A stretch of DNA of 64,000 nucleotides, taken from positions 64,001-128,000 of the IMG/VR virus record IMGVR_UViG_3300045972_000807. One strand, written 5' to 3'. The position numbers were made by a program, and so were the translations under genes. The stretch's first letter is position 1. Each line of letters starts with the position of its first letter. The DNA is from a virus. The notes below the pieces were generated by a model. The model worked only from the letters and a program-made list of their open reading frames with translations, was not told the origin of the DNA and made no database searches. Below are positions 30,201 to 39,506 of this stretch, one piece after another.

Positions 30201-31671
30201 GGGCAGTGCCCTTAATTATTCTAAAGTTAGAGAGCTTACCGCTTAGGAAAAACGGAGTTGACATTGTGCCAAGCACAACACCCGCTTGGGATAATGTGTA
30301 CCCGTTACCTGTTGCTGCCCCTGTGGCTACGCTAGCTATGCCGTTAACAAAAAGGCTTGTAACGCCAGAGGACCTAACCGCCGCTACGTGATACCAGGTT
30401 CCCGTAACAGGGACCCAGGGTACGGATACGTTGTAGGCTCCGCTGTTGTGCGTACCAAAGTTTAAGGTGTTGCCGTGAACAGCAAAGAACCATTTATTGG
30501 TTGAACTAGATCCTAAGACGTCGCTCTGACAAATAGGAACGTAGGCTCCCGCCAGCGAGTTAAAGTAGACCCAGGTCTCTACGGTGAAGTCACCTGTACC
30601 AAGTGCTAAGGCAGCATTGGCGGACACCGTAAGGTAGTCTGTTGTACCGTTGAAGGACGTGCTGAAGGCGTTTAGCCCGCCTGCGCCCAAGTCGTAGAGA
30701 GCCTTACCCTGCAGGGAATTTTTTACCCATAGGTCTGTAGAACTCTTTGTGGTAACAGACCAGTAGGTTTTAAAGGTAGCCCCTACGGAAACGCTGACGT
30801 AGGTTGTAGTGTCGTAGTTAGGGTCTGAAGCTGAGGTTACGGAGACTCTTATTAGGTCTCCATTTAGCACAGTAGCGGTCTGGCTTACCAGGGCTACGCC
30901 GTTCTTAAACAGGGTAGCGCCTGCACTAACGGTAACGCTAACTGTGGCGTTAGTGTCTAACCCTGCTACGATAACGTTGTTTGACGCTACCGGAGTGTTA
31001 AAGGCTGCGCCAACCACATTGGTGAACGTAAAACCCGTAGGTATGTCTTTAGGCGCGTTAGTTACGGCAAAGAATGTGTCGTAGGTATTGCCAATGAACA
31101 GAGGAATCTGGATACTAGCGCTATACTGCGACGGCGCAGTTAGCACCACGGCTATCTGGTCTCCCAAAACAGCTGTGGTTACTGTAGTACCTAAGGCAAC
31201 TCCGTTCTTTATCAGCTTAGCACCAAAAAGATTAGGTACGCTGACGGGAATTGCCAGGGCAGCCGTGGTGGCTATTACTGCTACAGCGTTTGTCGTATGC
31301 GCTGTGTTTCTTGTTATTGTGTTCGCGTCAGTAAGAGAGAACTGTAAGGGGTTCTGAGAACCTGTTACGGTAAAGTCTGCGGCTGTTACTGCGGAAAAGG
31401 AATACTGGAAACCGTTAACGGTTATTATCGCATGGACTGCGGTATTGTAGGCACTGCTTGTGGTTACCTGGACTTGAACCGCGGTTGTACCTCCGTAGCT
31501 AGCAGCCTGACCACGGTTTGCCCCGTTAGCATAGAAAGATACGCCAGCCTGCGTGGTGGAAACGCTTATAGGTCCTACTACTGAGAGAGGAGCAGACAGC
31601 ACTACTGTGTTAGTAGGCTGGTTTGTGAGGGGCGGTACTATACTGCTGTAGTTAAGCAGGGAAGCGGTCAT
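27202..31671 (-). CDS. Multidomain virion protein (1489 aa): Ig-like repeats, one LamG domain, NHL/YVTN-like propeller, acidic/aromatic C-terminal region
   Basis: Ig-like repeats (FTFTNVVGAAFNTPVASNNV...NGD), LamG motifs (FTVETWVY, WYHVAAVR), propeller blades (PWDICVD...WV, PSCVAVD...VWV). Ends in KWYVQGG. Confidence 0.8.
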   Translation of the reverse strand: MTASLLNYSSIVPPLTNQPTNTVVLSAPLSVVGPISVSTTQAGVSFYANGANRGQAASYGGTTAVQVQVTTSSAYNTAVHAIITVNGFQYSFSAVTAADFTVTGSQNPLQFSLTDANTITRNTAHTTNAVAVIATTAALAIPVSVPNLFGAKLIKNGVALGTTVTTAVLGDQIAVVLTAPSQYSASIQIPLFIGNTYDTFFAVTNAPKDIPTGFTFTNVVGAAFNTPVASNNVIVAGLDTNATVSVTVSAGATLFKNGVALVSQTATVLNGDLIRVSVTSASDPNYDTTTYVSVSVGATFKTYWSVTTKSSTDLWVKNSLQGKALYDLGAGGLNAFSTSFNGTTDYLTVSANAALALGTGDFTVETWVYFNSLAGAYVPICQSDVLGSSSTNKWFFAVHGNTLNFGTHNSGAYNVSVPWVPVTGTWYHVAAVRSSGVTSLFVNGIASVATGAATGNGYTLSQAGVVLGTMSTPFFLSGKLSNFRIIKGTALYVSNFTPSPTFLTAVPGTSLLTVLDGTKTDYSGLAITVTPTGNPALSIDSPFNPAKAALNQNNSIYKIDVSTYGITSATSLYNPSVGTDASLSTFIHSMSYYEGITYKLNLAGAVVGSSANPAGYTVYDECYAPKYVMSTAQIATRRFVTLYNGALGLLRDTSGTNADISFGALAPYGTDSDITGSAVYVSMSNNTLAKIVLSGSTYVLSKYISLGGSTLGGLRQVVVDNANKVWVVDVYNSRVVVVNSADTIVANISLPNCDPWDICVDNGMNSWVACSFSNALARISYSYAVTYIQCSGVPSCVAVDKTNGNVWVGHYGSNLIDIFDPNTLALLRQISMPHPVSALSYDGAGGIWAQCLYSDLATQQNRLNAITPIDAVSFTSSLDVPVSTAAVSNAVTVSGLAKSITVSVPSNLNLSIAVTGSAFNVTSTSAVVNNGATVTLTENPVSSKYYTTNALPLLQAGSRSKTPWVTRTIGDAIPDPVYFDNVYDVPAGAYCNSASVPITGISPGVSITLTLDDPTWGIAVNGGSPVYGGPTTAGLGDTIQIVGSLSATIASLAYKSVNVLVDITTVVNSLPVVTPTVFGNFTVYSLYVDGQAPNIQKAPGRFVDMYYEQAVKKPHLSLSEATQEFESFTRRNFPSLVDAYTAEVGLSTSPAYADWFDAELGKANSPAYADWFEAELGKANSPAYADWFAAEIRQQTLVDFYVLKEFQYGTRIGLKAPQVTNSFEKGLSTDFTEGGHLSAYAKARENFPNFVDFEFDKPVLSSFREVGEREYSAGSLLSFLEIDVSYEYVPGRKMVEGERFYEQGQNLATALAEHIDPVLSVLSNQHFGDYEYIPYNNMGEKLADWVPPIPKVRGNAMYFTPTMDKGFTVKRFQKTFSMGFVRNTRHSEVLANTPNPMLTYVIGDSGGGPVDTQQHLYTTAALAIAAGTKAGYVNVRAYGFNTVVYKNGIAVPTKAYMYVVPVGVTSRNCLIDMPISNNVIPLKWYVQGG
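28098..28260 (-). repeat. In-frame 48-bp (16-aa) tandem repeat SPAYADWFxAELGKAN, three copies plus one degenerate copy
   Basis: The protein reads VDAYTAEVGLSTSPAYADWFDAELGKANSPAYADWFEAELGKANSPAYADWFAAEI. Confidence 0.85.
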
Positions 31672-31691
31672 TTAGGAGCCTTAAATAGATT

Positions 31692-31715
31692 ACGGGGTAG
31701 CACACGCTACCCCGT
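31692..31715 (-). terminator. Hairpin after the 347-aa gene
   Basis: Perfect 10-bp stem ACGGGGTAGC-acac-GCTACCCCGT. Confidence 0.65.
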
Positions 31716-31735
31716 CATTTTACCTAAGCTAGGTT

Positions 31736-32779
31736 TTAGGCCATCGGGCCGCCAGCAGTCAGCATCAACAGACGCATACCGGTGTTGTTAGCGTCAGTTG
31801 CGCTCATCGCCTTGTAGGTGCGAGGAGTGGACTCGCCGTACACTGTCAAAGGTACGTCCGTGTAACCGGCAACCACGTTGGCACTGGTGTACGCGATCAT
31901 GTCCAGTTCGCTGGTGTACGCGTAACGCTGCGTATTCAAGCCGTTCGGGAAAGTGATAACGTACTTGTTATTTTCCGAGATGGCCACTTGCGGCTGGACG
32001 TTGATGATAGCTGCGCTGTTGATGGTGTCCTTGGAGGCAGACACGCCGACGGTAGGTTTCAGGATGTCGTTCTCGCGAACAACCAGCTTGAAAACGTCGC
32101 CGTTCATTCCAAACGTAGCAAACAAAGGCGCGTGACCTGTGATTACTGGGGCGCCAGTGAGGTGGTCCACCGGACGCTGGATGGAAATCCAGGAGAACAT
32201 GCCGCCGATATTGTCCGAAGCATCTTCCCACACGAACAGCGTAAAGCCGTTAGCGCCAACCGACAGACGGTAGGTCATCGGGTAGTTACCTGCTGCGTTG
32301 GTGCCGTTCAGCACAGAGGCTATGATACGCTGCTTGCGCGTAATGAAGCTCATAGCAACGTTGTCTACCGTTGTTGTGGTAACCACGTGACCCAGGCCGT
32401 TGATGTGGCCGGAAGGCAGCGGATACTGTGTCGAGCCACCGTCTTGAACGTCCACGGGAGTAACGCCGCCGGTCGATGGCAACTGAAGCGAAGTACCTAC
32501 AAAAATGTCTCCAACCTGCGGAGTGCTACCCGACTGCAGAGTTTGGTGGCCTGTGCAATCGAACATGATGTTCCAGGGCTGCTGGGTGTAGGCTGGGTCA
32601 ACCGTAGCCGAGGCAGTCAAGGTAACTGCAAACGGGGTGTACGGGGTTGAACCGGAGGGTGCGGGAAGCGGCGAGGTGGGGTACACCAAGGTGAAGCCGT
32701 TAGCCAAAAGGTCAGTTACGACTTGGTAAAACAGGCCAGGTACGTCGGTATAGCCAGAGCGTTGAACGGTAAAAGACAT
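31736..32779 (-). CDS. Virion structural protein (347 aa), probably abundant
   Basis: Sits in the fibre cluster with its own GGAGA RBS, an upstream AATTTCA motif and a downstream hairpin. Strong bias to C-ending codons by eye. Confidence 0.7.
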   Translation of the reverse strand: MSFTVQRSGYTDVPGLFYQVVTDLLANGFTLVYPTSPLPAPSGSTPYTPFAVTLTASATVDPAYTQQPWNIMFDCTGHQTLQSGSTPQVGDIFVGTSLQLPSTGGVTPVDVQDGGSTQYPLPSGHINGLGHVVTTTTVDNVAMSFITRKQRIIASVLNGTNAAGNYPMTYRLSVGANGFTLFVWEDASDNIGGMFSWISIQRPVDHLTGAPVITGHAPLFATFGMNGDVFKLVVRENDILKPTVGVSASKDTINSAAIINVQPQVAISENNKYVITFPNGLNTQRYAYTSELDMIAYTSANVVAGYTDVPLTVYGESTPRTYKAMSATDANNTGMRLLMLTAGGPMA

Positions 32780-32835
32780 AAAGTATCTCCAATGAAAAGA
32801 AAGGTTGGTTGAGGTGAACTATGAAATTAGAGTGG

Positions 32836-33564
32836 TTACTCTATCGGGAGGAAATCAATGGTAAGCGTAACGTCGATAGGCGTAGTGCCCGTATTTACGA
32901 TACGGAAGTACTGGTCAATTACGGGTGGATTGTCCATGTTGGAAAGAATTGTGTAGCGTCTCCCACGAAGAATTGTCCCATCTGACATCAACATCGTGCC
33001 GTCGTCTGACAAGTGATCTGATGTAGCTATAAAGGTGAAGGGGTTGGTATCGTATCGACTTGCCGTCTCAAAGGCCATTACCTGGCAAGCAACATCAACG
33101 GATAGAAGGTGGATGATTACCGTCTTGGACATAGGGATTTGAAAGTCCCTAGGTGCCGAAGGAAGAATCGCAGTTTCTGTGTGCGTTATTGCCTTACGCT
33201 TACCTCCTACCGATCCTTTGAAGTTAAAGATGACCGAGTACGTCCCGGTCTGCTTGAAATACATATCGTAAGCAACGTCGTCGATGTAGTAATCGCCGTC
33301 GCTGCCCAAAGTATCCTGCGGAGGTCCGCTGCCGTTGTACAGCGTTGAGCCCAAGCCTGTTGGGCCAGGTGGACCTGCGGGACCTGTAGGTCCTTGGGGA
33401 CCTAGTCCTCCGCCACCCGAGCCGCCTACACCGTCAGCCCACACTAGCTCACGAGGAGCCAATGGGTTGTTGCTTCTGACTAGGGTTTGCCCAGCTGTGC
33501 CGTCAGTAGCTACGAATGGGCGTAGCGGAAGTTCCGTTTGTACAAAATCGTTAAAGGTAGCCAT
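32836..33564 (-). CDS. Short fibre connector with mini-collagen and GSDGDYYID repeat (242 aa)
   Basis: [16 protein letters not shown] followed by GSGPPQDTLGSDGDYYIDD (fibre knob motif). Its start overlaps the stop of 33564-36017. Confidence 0.7.
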   Translation of the reverse strand: MATFNDFVQTELPLRPFVATDGTAGQTLVRSNNPLAPRELVWADGVGGSGGGGLGPQGPTGPAGPPGPTGLGSTLYNGSGPPQDTLGSDGDYYIDDVAYDMYFKQTGTYSVIFNFKGSVGGKRKAITHTETAILPSAPRDFQIPMSKTVIIHLLSVDVACQVMAFETASRYDTNPFTFIATSDHLSDDGTMLMSDGTILRGRRYTILSNMDNPPVIDQYFRIVNTGTTPIDVTLTIDFLPIE

Positions 33565-36017
33565 TATGCGGTCTCCGCCAAAGTAACTTGAAGTGTGCCG
33601 CTGGTATTTGATCCTGCAAAGGCAGAGTCAGACAATGCTACATAGGCGCCTTGGGCATTGTAAGTGCCGTCAGCATTCGCAATGTAGTACCCGTTGCTAT
33701 GTACGGTATTGTCTGAATACCTAGTTAGCACGTTACCTGCCACAATCTGGCAGGAAGTTTTGGTTTGGTCTGTAACCGTTGTACCTATCGCAGCAACCCG
33801 GGAGAACGAAGGGAACGTAATGGTCCGGGAACTAAATCCGCCCACCGTGTACGTGCTACCTGAGCTTATGACCGAGCCGTTTATGAGGGCTTGGTTGGTA
33901 ATAGCTAGGGCGCTAAACAACGCGCTACCTTTAGGCGTAGAGTCGGTTATGTTCAGAGCTCTTGTCCAAACCTTTCCTGAGCCAGCCCATGCCCCAGCCC
34001 ACGCGCCTGCGCTGGCTGTTAACGATGGAGCCGAGGTTAGGTTTTGGGTACTTGTAACAGTGACGGTGTAGCTGATACCAGTGGGGCTGCCAACCATTCG
34101 GCCAGCTGGGCTAGTGGTTATTGCCGCCGCCGGTGCCACGGTAGCTAGGTTAACAAGTCCAGTCTTTACGGCACTCGAACCGTTAGAAGCCTTCTGTGCC
34201 GTAATAGTATAGTTGGTTCCCGAGTCTACGTAGCCTGTTGACGACAGGGTTACCTGTTTAGACACACCGTACACCGAAGGCGTATCAACGGTAAGGCCAA
34301 CAGCCGTGTATGCCACGGAGGTTTGATCGCTAACCGTACAAGATACCGTAGCCGTTTCGCTGGTGTTTAGCGCGCCTTGCCCAACTGGGTAGGAGACTGT
34401 GATCGCCCCAAAAGTAGGAACAGCTTGATCAAGCGTAAGCGGGACTGTGGGGTAGGTGTTGCCGTAAGTACCGAAAGAGTTCTTTGCCTTAAAGGTCAGA
34501 ACCTGAGGTCCCTGGGCGTTCCCTATGGTTACTAAGCAGGTTGCTGTAGTCCCAGTTACTGGGTACGGAACAGAAGCCCCTGCGGCGCCTGTGGCAAGAA
34601 GTTGGACTTCTGTAGCCCCAGCTTCGGTAGTAACCGTAACAGTGATCTGATCTCCGGCCTTGAGAGTCGTCTGAGAATTGGGATACGCACCTAGTAGGGC
34701 ACTAAGGATATTTGGCCCGGCGCCTGCCAGGGTAACGTCTACAGAAGTCCTGGACCCGGTGTTACTCACTACCTCAACGGTAGTTGTGCCTGTGCCTACC
34801 GTAACATCAGCAACGGCTGTAAACCAACGCGTAGTTGCACTCTCCGTTATCGTAGCTTGTGTCATTCCGATAAGCACGGTAGGTGAGTACGAAGCAGCGT
34901 TCCCGTTTATGCCAACAGTAATGCGTACATGGGCGTTGTCCGTTGTGCAACTGCTAACCACCCGGTTAGCCGGCACAGAGGGTGGGTATACCTTGCTACC
35001 AACAATTCCTCCAGCAACAATCGGAGTAACGTCTAGTACGAATAGCCCGTCCATTAGTGCTGCGCCAGTAGGCCCAGCTGGGCCAGTAGCACCGGTTGGG
35101 CCAGTCGGACCCACGACAAAGCTATCTAGTCCTGGTGGGCCAGGTGGGCCAAGTCCGCCTTGGTTAACCTTGATTATGGCAGGTGACGCCACGTAAGCAT
35201 TAAGCGTATCGCCTACTTGGAACAATCCAGTCCAAGGCGCTACGGTCAAGAACTTGTAGCTTATTGCTGGACCTGTGCTGTACGAGTACCGTTCAAGGCC
35301 AGTGAAGGTTACCTTACGAGCTAGACCGGCATTCAAGCCAGAAGTTACCGTAAGGTACATTGTGGTTGGTACAGGTATCTGCGACAGAAACTCGTCAGCA
35401 GAGCCACCCACCTGAACGTAGACGCTAGTGAAGTCAGCAGCATCGGCTGAGAGCTCGGTTAGGAAAAGTCCACCAACCAAGTCCCAATGTACACCAGTGG
35501 ATACGGCTAGAAGGCCTGTCTCCGCAATAATGTAGCTATTGGAGATGCCCGTTGCTTGTGTGTATGTGGTTGCCGTGTTAGCGTTAGGCAAGACGTCCAC
35601 CGAAGGTAGGACGTTGATATTGCCTGCATTAGCAGCAAGTGCAACGGGAGAGAACGGGCCAAGCACGCCTGAGGTTAGAGGCAACACGCACTCTAAGCTA
35701 ACGTTTTTGCCCAGCAACGGAATGGAGGAAACGCCTGAGCCTAGTGCTATCAAAACGCCTGAGAAGAAAAGACCAAGCTCTCCAAAGGCCACAGCATCTG
35801 GAAAATCTACCGAGGAGATCGTAACGTTAAAGACTGGCTGTGATCCAGTCGTGTTGACCATCAAAGCAATTCCGGAAGCAATTATGCTTCCGTGAATAGC
35901 AGTATCAGTGTCTACTGGAGCATACCCAAAAGCACTACCCGCAACAAACGTCAAGCTTTTCGGTATGCCAGTGGTAGTGAACAGGTTTGCGCCGTAGGGC
36001 GTTAGAACGAATTGCAT
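33564..36017 (-). CDS. Baseplate-anchored fibre (817 aa): tail-collar-type N-terminus, short collagen, Ig-like C-terminal domains
   Basis: The N-terminus is paralogous to 20171-23911 ([28 protein letters not shown]). Short GXY run, then Thr/Val-rich beta domains. Confidence 0.8.
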   Translation of the reverse strand: MQFVLTPYGANLFTTTGIPKSLTFVAGSAFGYAPVDTDTAIHGSIIASGIALMVNTTGSQPVFNVTISSVDFPDAVAFGELGLFFSGVLIALGSGVSSIPLLGKNVSLECVLPLTSGVLGPFSPVALAANAGNINVLPSVDVLPNANTATTYTQATGISNSYIIAETGLLAVSTGVHWDLVGGLFLTELSADAADFTSVYVQVGGSADEFLSQIPVPTTMYLTVTSGLNAGLARKVTFTGLERYSYSTGPAISYKFLTVAPWTGLFQVGDTLNAYVASPAIIKVNQGGLGPPGPPGLDSFVVGPTGPTGATGPAGPTGAALMDGLFVLDVTPIVAGGIVGSKVYPPSVPANRVVSSCTTDNAHVRITVGINGNAASYSPTVLIGMTQATITESATTRWFTAVADVTVGTGTTTVEVVSNTGSRTSVDVTLAGAGPNILSALLGAYPNSQTTLKAGDQITVTVTTEAGATEVQLLATGAAGASVPYPVTGTTATCLVTIGNAQGPQVLTFKAKNSFGTYGNTYPTVPLTLDQAVPTFGAITVSYPVGQGALNTSETATVSCTVSDQTSVAYTAVGLTVDTPSVYGVSKQVTLSSTGYVDSGTNYTITAQKASNGSSAVKTGLVNLATVAPAAAITTSPAGRMVGSPTGISYTVTVTSTQNLTSAPSLTASAGAWAGAWAGSGKVWTRALNITDSTPKGSALFSALAITNQALINGSVISSGSTYTVGGFSSRTITFPSFSRVAAIGTTVTDQTKTSCQIVAGNVLTRYSDNTVHSNGYYIANADGTYNAQGAYVALSDSAFAGSNTSGTLQVTLAETA

Positions 36018-36027
36018 GTGTTAGTCC

Positions 36028-36351
36028 TCAGGGGCTTGTAGGCCAGACAACGCTTTCCGGAAACGTCTTTTGGGCTGTAATGTCTCGCAATGCTTGCCGG
36101 TACGCCTTCCATTTGTCTTTGGTTGCTGCGGGAACATCCGGAAGTTGTGTCCAGTCAGACTGAGAAAGAAGAGAGTCCCTGACAAACTTTGTCTGGCTTA
36201 TCTTAACTTCCACAGGAGTGTAGGCAGCTATGTGAGCAGACACATCCTTTTCGTCAATGGGAACCAGGCTATCCGCAATGAGCTGGTCTTGAGAACCATC
36301 TTCCTCATAGGCATAGACACTGTTGGTTTTTGGATCGATAAAGTGTTTCAT
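36028..36351 (-). CDS. Phage tail fibre assembly chaperone
   Basis: C-terminal RDSLLSQSDWTQLPDVP...WKAYRQALRDIT..Q..FP..V.WP..P signature, directly downstream of a fibre gene. Confidence 0.9.
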   Translation of the reverse strand: MKHFIDPKTNSVYAYEEDGSQDQLIADSLVPIDEKDVSAHIAAYTPVEVKISQTKFVRDSLLSQSDWTQLPDVPAATKDKWKAYRQALRDITAQKTFPESVVWPTSP

Positions 36352-36356
36352 AATTC

Positions 36357-38093
36357 TTACCTAAGCTCCCACCATGAACTCAAACCCATAACCGCGTTAT
36401 TCCAGGACGTTGCGCCGTACACCTGGTAGACCGCTCCGTTTGGTATGATGTGCGTTACGTTAGCTGCTACTGAGCCAGACGCTATCGCCCCTGCACCTTG
36501 TGCGCCGATGTTTACCCCGTTTATGTAAACGTAGAGGAATGACCCGTTAGGCGCGTTGGTTCCCGTAACGCTAAGCTGAATAGCATTACCTGAAGAGTTG
36601 GTATAGTTAACGTTAAGCGACCGCTGCCCAGCCATGTTATACCAAGCTTGGCCTGCTATGCCCACGCCTGACACACCGTTAGAACCACCGGGTCCCTGAG
36701 GTCCTTGGGGGCCCTGAGGTCCCTGTGCGCCTTGAGGGCCGGTCGGGCCAGCTACGGTACTTGCGGGACCCACTGGTCCTTGGATACCCTGAGGTCCCGG
36801 AGGTCCGCCTGGACCTACAATACCAATGTTTGGCCCGGGAGGCCCAGGTACCGTTGAAGCTGGACCTCTAGGTCCCGCAGGACCTGTGGGTCCCGTTGGG
36901 CCAGTAACTGTTTGAATAGTTCCGCCGGCTTGCGATCCTCCAGCCCCCTGAAGCATCCAAGCCATTAACAGGTTAACCGAAGCCTGAACGCTCTCAATGT
37001 CAGCCGCTACCGTAGCTAGTTCGTTAAGCGTTGCGTTAGCAGTCAAGTTAGCAGAACCTGTAGACTGAGCAACAAAAGCGTCAGTAGCCAAATCTTGAGG
37101 CTGTGTAGGATCACCAACGTTGACGCCCTTGAATGTAGCGAAGTTCAGGTTTGATGCCAACGGAACGCTACCGTCGGACAGCAAAACCTTTGTTGGGTCT
37201 ACAACTGCTATGGCGTTTAGCTGTTCCGGAGTTACCGTGATGCGGTTAACAAACGAAGCAGCCCCACTGCTTAATGAGCTGTACTCCAGCAGTTTGTAGC
37301 TCGTGCCAGCGGGAGCCAAAGTCAACTGGTAGTTAGACAGGGTAACGTAAATGCTGTTACCTGCAGGAGACGGCGTAACGCTGGTGCAAATCGCAATGTA
37401 GTTGGCTGTCTGGAACAGATACTGCCCAGTCGTGAAGGCGCCTCCGGTCTGTGGCAGCACGGGAAGTTCTAGCTGAGAACCCAGGACTTGTGTTACCGAA
37501 CCGAGCGACACCTGAGCATAGTCTTCAATGCTCCAGCTTGTGAAGTCGCCCACGACGTTAGGGTTGGCGTAAGACACAGCCGCAATCAAGCTACCTGTTG
37601 GGTTGGTTGGGTCACCCACTACAGCCAAGATGTTGGGCACGCCTGCCGCAGGAGGAAGGAGGCTAAGGGCGCTGTAGTATGGGGTTGCGGGCATCGACTG
37701 AAGGCTTGTGGTGCTACCAAAGCCAGCCGAGTGACTACCTCGCATATCGAAGTATATCAAGCACTCAATGTCCTCACCGATGGAACGACCCACGGGAGAA
37801 TCAAGGACACCCACTGCGTAAATTATTCCGCCGCTTGCGTCCGTAAAGAGTAGCTCCCCGAAGGTGAACGCTAGGTTCACCGACGTAGGTATGCTAAAGG
37901 AGTATTGGATAACGCCAGGCATTGCGTAGACGGGCGCAACCATAGTCGGAGAAGTCCACAGAGTTTGTCCGTGCATCCCCGTCTGAGTTCCACTTGGAAC
38001 GTAACCGAAACCTGAACCAAAGGCTACCTTCATTGCAGGTGTTGCCGTTACAGGAAAGTCCGTGGTTGAGGTGGCTAATGTTATGTTTGCCAT
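36357..38093 (-). CDS. Tail fibre (578 aa): tail-collar-type N-terminus, short coiled coil, collagen, C-terminal receptor-binding domain
   Basis: GSGFGYVP...MHG and FTFGELL anchor motifs, GXY run, C-terminal WYNM...RSLNVNYTNSSG..I.LSV...IIPNGAVYQV...WWELR. Confidence 0.85.
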   Translation of the reverse strand: MANITLATSTTDFPVTATPAMKVAFGSGFGYVPSGTQTGMHGQTLWTSPTMVAPVYAMPGVIQYSFSIPTSVNLAFTFGELLFTDASGGIIYAVGVLDSPVGRSIGEDIECLIYFDMRGSHSAGFGSTTSLQSMPATPYYSALSLLPPAAGVPNILAVVGDPTNPTGSLIAAVSYANPNVVGDFTSWSIEDYAQVSLGSVTQVLGSQLELPVLPQTGGAFTTGQYLFQTANYIAICTSVTPSPAGNSIYVTLSNYQLTLAPAGTSYKLLEYSSLSSGAASFVNRITVTPEQLNAIAVVDPTKVLLSDGSVPLASNLNFATFKGVNVGDPTQPQDLATDAFVAQSTGSANLTANATLNELATVAADIESVQASVNLLMAWMLQGAGGSQAGGTIQTVTGPTGPTGPAGPRGPASTVPGPPGPNIGIVGPGGPPGPQGIQGPVGPASTVAGPTGPQGAQGPQGPQGPQGPGGSNGVSGVGIAGQAWYNMAGQRSLNVNYTNSSGNAIQLSVTGTNAPNGSFLYVYINGVNIGAQGAGAIASGSVAANVTHIIPNGAVYQVYGATSWNNAVMGLSSWWELR

Positions 38094-38186
38094 GCTTTGT
38101 GCTTCCTTCTATGTGCTTAAAATTGTACAGAATACTTTTAATACCACATTGTTTAACCCACCCGAATACTAACAGGAGGATACGAT

Positions 38187-38681
38187 ATGACTAAAGAAAT
38201 ACATGTTCCTGAGATGACCGATCCACATGAGCCCAAGATTCGTACGCTAAAAGACGGAACCCACAAATACTACGCCGGTGGCTTCTTGCACCGTGATCCC
38301 TACGAAGGCCCTGCGATAGAGAAGCCCGGGTACGGTGAGATCAGCGACTGCTATGTGCGGGGCATAATGGTAGATCAGAAATGGTACAAGAACAAACTCT
38401 ACCAGAACCTGGACGAAGTTCTGAAGGCGCAAAAAGAAGAAGAGGGCACCAAGCCTATCTTGAACGGTCACGGCGCGGCGCACAGCAACAAACCCAGCTT
38501 GGGGGTCAAGCCAGATCGCCCCAAGGTTAACTACATGCCCGACCCAGTGCAGCTTGCCAAGCCCAAGAAGCGCGACAGGTTCGATCAGTTAGCCGGTCGG
38601 GTTAGGAGTGACTCCATGCAGGACCTCCAGAAACTCTACGCCGAGCTAGCGGCACAAAATAGCGAACACCAACATGGCTAA
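38187..38681 (+). CDS. Hypothetical protein with one LHRxxxGPA repeat
   Basis: Strong AGGAGG RBS; contains YYAGGFLHRDPYEGPAIE. Confidence 0.7.
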   Translation: MTKEIHVPEMTDPHEPKIRTLKDGTHKYYAGGFLHRDPYEGPAIEKPGYGEISDCYVRGIMVDQKWYKNKLYQNLDEVLKAQKEEEGTKPILNGHGAAHSNKPSLGVKPDRPKVNYMPDPVQLAKPKKRDRFDQLAGRVRSDSMQDLQKLYAELAAQNSEHQHG

Positions 38682-39504
38682 AGAAGAAATCTTGGTTATT
38701 GTGGACGGCACTTGGCACATCCATAGGGCCTTCCACATACGTCCCAGTTCTATCCAGTACATGGTCTTAGGCTGGGTGTGCCAGTACATCGTAGAAACAA
38801 AAGCCACGCACGTGCTTGTGGCGTTTGACTCAGGTCGGTCTTTCCGGCACGACATCCTAGACACCTATAAGGGTAACAGGCCGGTTAAGCAGCCCGGGGA
38901 AGTAGGTCCCTCTGATTATCTTTTGCCTGTATCAAGGTACTTGGAAAGCCTGGGATTTTACTGCGAGTTCGGAGAGTGCTTTGAGGCAGACGATTTGCTA
39001 CACACGGGCTCGGTTCAATGGCAACACCACACCAGGGGTAAGAGCAAGGTCATACTGGCTACGCCAGATAAAGACAACCACCAAGGTTTAAGCAAGGTTT
39101 GCCACATCCTGAAACCTGGAAGCAAAGCCAAAGGCGGTAACGTCCTGTTCACGGCGGCTGACCTGCTACGCACAACTGGGTTTACGCCTCAACAGTATCT
39201 GGATTACCAAACTCTAATTGGGGATGGCACTGACAACATTCCTAAGATCATGACCCCTGCGGTAGCAAAGGGAATTATCTTACGGTACAAGACTCTTAAG
39301 GCGTACCTGGAGAAGAATCGCATCTGGGCCAACGAAAACGCTAGGGAGTTAAACCGTAATAGGCGCCTAGTCAAGCTCTTGGATAACTGCTTCGAGTTGC
39401 AGCCCAATCTCTACAGCGTAGACCGGATAAAGAAAAACCGCCAAAACATCAAGAGTGCTTATTACAAGCAACTCTCTATTAAGGCGCCCAGGAGCCTGTT
39501 CTAA
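38674..39504 (+). CDS. 5'-3' exonuclease / flap endonuclease (Pol I N-terminal / T4 RNase H-like)
   Basis: Motifs IVDG, VAFD...FRH...YKGNR, EADD, DKD and LIGDGTDNIP (H3TH) are all present. Confidence 0.93.
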   Translation: MAKEEILVIVDGTWHIHRAFHIRPSSIQYMVLGWVCQYIVETKATHVLVAFDSGRSFRHDILDTYKGNRPVKQPGEVGPSDYLLPVSRYLESLGFYCEFGECFEADDLLHTGSVQWQHHTRGKSKVILATPDKDNHQGLSKVCHILKPGSKAKGGNVLFTAADLLRTTGFTPQQYLDYQTLIGDGTDNIPKIMTPAVAKGIILRYKTLKAYLEKNRIWANENARELNRNRRLVKLLDNCFELQPNLYSVDRIKKNRQNIKSAYYKQLSIKAPRSLF

Positions 39505-39506
39505 TT

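Noticed and set aside
1-31671. Diversity-generating retroelement or invertase shufflon acting on the adhesins
   Set aside because: No reverse transcriptase or invertase is in the window. The similar LamG copies differ at all base types, not only at adenines, and both are in-frame coding sequence.
321-38000. Many plus-strand ORFs (for example 12096-12605, 13779-14366, 18653-19339, 31988-32650)
   Set aside because: They are antisense shadows of long repetitive minus-strand genes (collagen, Ala-rich, Gly/Thr-rich), lack RBS or domain signals, and lie within real CDSs.
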